The notes under the pieces are model-generated. The model was not told where the DNA came from. It was given only the letters and a program-made list of their open reading frames with translations, and did not search any database. This document shows, one piece after another, positions 53,601 through 53,844 of a stretch of DNA of 53,844 bases (within the stretch, counting starts at the first letter, position 1; each line of letters starts with the position of its first letter). A program made the translations under genes and the position numbers. Origin of the DNA: an uncultured Bacilli bacterium. Lineage in GTDB: Bacteria; Bacillota_I; Bacilli_A; RF39; UBA660. The stretch covers positions 1 through 53,844 of the forward strand of contig CALVQV010000002.1 in NCBI GenBank assembly GCA_944358325.1, written 5' to 3'.

Positions 53601-53755
53601 TAATCATTGATTATAAATTAAAAAATATCAATGATGATAATTATTTAAAACAACTAGATGGATATAAAGATTACATTAAAACAATATCTTCTAAAGAAGT
53701 AAAAATATATCTATATTCTATTATTGATGAAGAACTAAAAGAAATCAAATTTTGA
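50660..53755 (+). CDS. addA: ATP-dependent helicase/nuclease subunit AddA
   Basis: UvrD-type motifs (AGAGSGKT, VDEYQDT, VGDVKQSIYRFRNA, TIHKSKGLEY, YVALTRAKE) and a C-terminal nuclease motif (GIIDLLL...LIIDYKL). The AGGAGGTG RBS fits the ATG at 50660 rather than the track's GTG at 50651. Confidence 0.93.
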   Translation: MPKWTSEQLEAINKEGSNIIVSAGAGSGKTAVLTERVIRKLKEGVNVNELLVLTFTNAAAFEMKERIRDAISKYPELKEQLTLIDGAYITTFDSYALSLVKKYHYLLNISSNVNILDNIIIYTIKKDIINKIFDDMYEENNLLFNKLITDFSLKDDKEIKEGILSISNKLDLKYDKKEYIDNYIELSYNDEKINNYILEYVSYLKQKIKDIEKTYEDLCLYIDESFYESIKDSMENLISSNTYQEIVLAHDIKLPRINKNCLEPAKEFKEILSDKLKELKELIIFNNEEELKQSYLLTKDYVLVIIDILKKLDIEVDKFKYQYNLFEFNDISKMAIRVLKENKDVLNELKYYFKEIMVDEYQDTSDLQETFINLLENDNVYMVGDVKQSIYRFRNANPYIFKNKYNNYSKNNGGYKIDLVKNFRSRSEVLNNINLIFDLIMDEELGGANYTKGHQMVFGNLAYNEKGLLKSNNDMEIYNYEYSKLGYTKDEIEAFIIASDIKKKIADKYQVFDVKKSLIRDITYGDFAILLDRSTSFDLYKKIFEYLNIPLIKYTSTNITDEYDVMLLKNIIALILDVYNKDFSSNYKYNYVSIARSFLFSYTDNQILDIVTNNNYKGEILNIINNIVKDLEHLSLTEIIKRIINDFKFYENIIKVGFIDNAYIRIETILNQAKTFETMGYTLDKFYNYLNTILEDNIKMECNMSDNSGDSVKIMTIHKSKGLEYHICYFAGLYKEFNLMELKNRFMYDNNYGIITPYYSEGIDETFLKKLIKKQYQQEEISEKIRLFYVALTRAKEKMIFICDLNDAKEASKDDNNLIDINNRLKYKSFLDILKSIKNDISIYLKNIKLEDLNLTKDYMIIKETNIKEHLIDNKDRVISREIEIQKEEVKQEHYSKENKKLITKEEQQKMEFGTKIHEMLEHLDFKNPDLNNVLYKDKINAFLNCGIDFKTPTIYKEHEFIYQNKHGIIDLLLEYQDKILIIDYKLKNINDDNYLKQLDGYKDYIKTISSKEVKIYLYSIIDEELKEIKF

Positions 53756-53772
53756 TGTTGATTTCTTTTTTT
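53739..53772 (+). terminator. Intrinsic terminator overlapping the addA stop
   Basis: AAGAAATCAA...TTGATTTCTT hairpin plus T-run. Confidence 0.8.
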
Positions 53773-53844
53773 CATTTTGTTTTCACAAATATTTCATAAT
53801 TAGAAATTATAATGTTAATAGAAGGTGAGGTGAATAGGTGGAGA

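Noticed and set aside
1-53844. Searched by eye for CRISPR arrays, tRNA/rRNA genes, IS elements, integrases, prophage remnants and alternative genetic code (TGA read as Trp).
   Set aside because: I saw no spaced direct-repeat arrays, cloverleaf-like conserved tRNA segments, transposase or integrase motifs, or terminal inverted repeats. TGA clearly acts as a stop: the MBOAT gene ends at 10369 directly before the next RBS, and addA ends at 53755 inside its terminator. All long ORFs are intact under the standard code.

Overview
Very AT-rich Bacillota (Firmicutes) chromosomal segment that looks like core genome, not an island. GC content was not computed. Almost all genes are on the + strand and the standard genetic code applies (TGA ends the MBOAT gene and addA).

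Gene order:
- An orphan giant pilin-like protein and a DAACS-family symporter.
- The distal division cluster murG-murB-divIB-ftsA-ftsZ.
- An envelope module of lipoprotein, MBOAT and DHHW protein.
- A Lys-rich repeat membrane protein.
- A self-contained micro transcription unit.
- gpsB with RNase P RNA (rnpB) abutting its stop codon.
- rodZ-like, pgsA, recA and rny, in B. subtilis-like synteny.
- Two small unknown genes and a Tyr-rich coat-like protein (- strand).
- An M29 aminopeptidase, a degenerate NodB-like protein, a U32 peptidase and lon.
- An unknown gene followed by a spoVID-like and ysxE/cotS-like pair.
- A - strand murT-gatD operon with a third unknown gene.
- Two operons whose promoters carry a LexA-type box also found upstream of recA: CHAP-dinB-nucleotidyltransferase and RhuM/Doc-uvsE.
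- tex.
- An atypical rnf operon: rnfC, rnfD fused to two FMN-binding RnfG-like domains, a micro-ORF, rnfE, rnfA, a Cys-rich micro-ORF, and a minimal 90-aa rnfB.
- dCMP deaminase and a divergent ANL adenylating enzyme.
- A hybrid histidine kinase plus an Hpt-REC protein.
- A compact addB-addA pair.

I saw no rRNA, tRNA, CRISPR array, transposase, integrase or phage structural genes.

The most interesting items are the shared SOS-type operator with its unusual cargo (a membrane-anchored CHAP protein and a RhuM-Doc fusion) and the rearranged Rnf complex. All family assignments come from motifs read by eye and recalled from memory. No searches were run.
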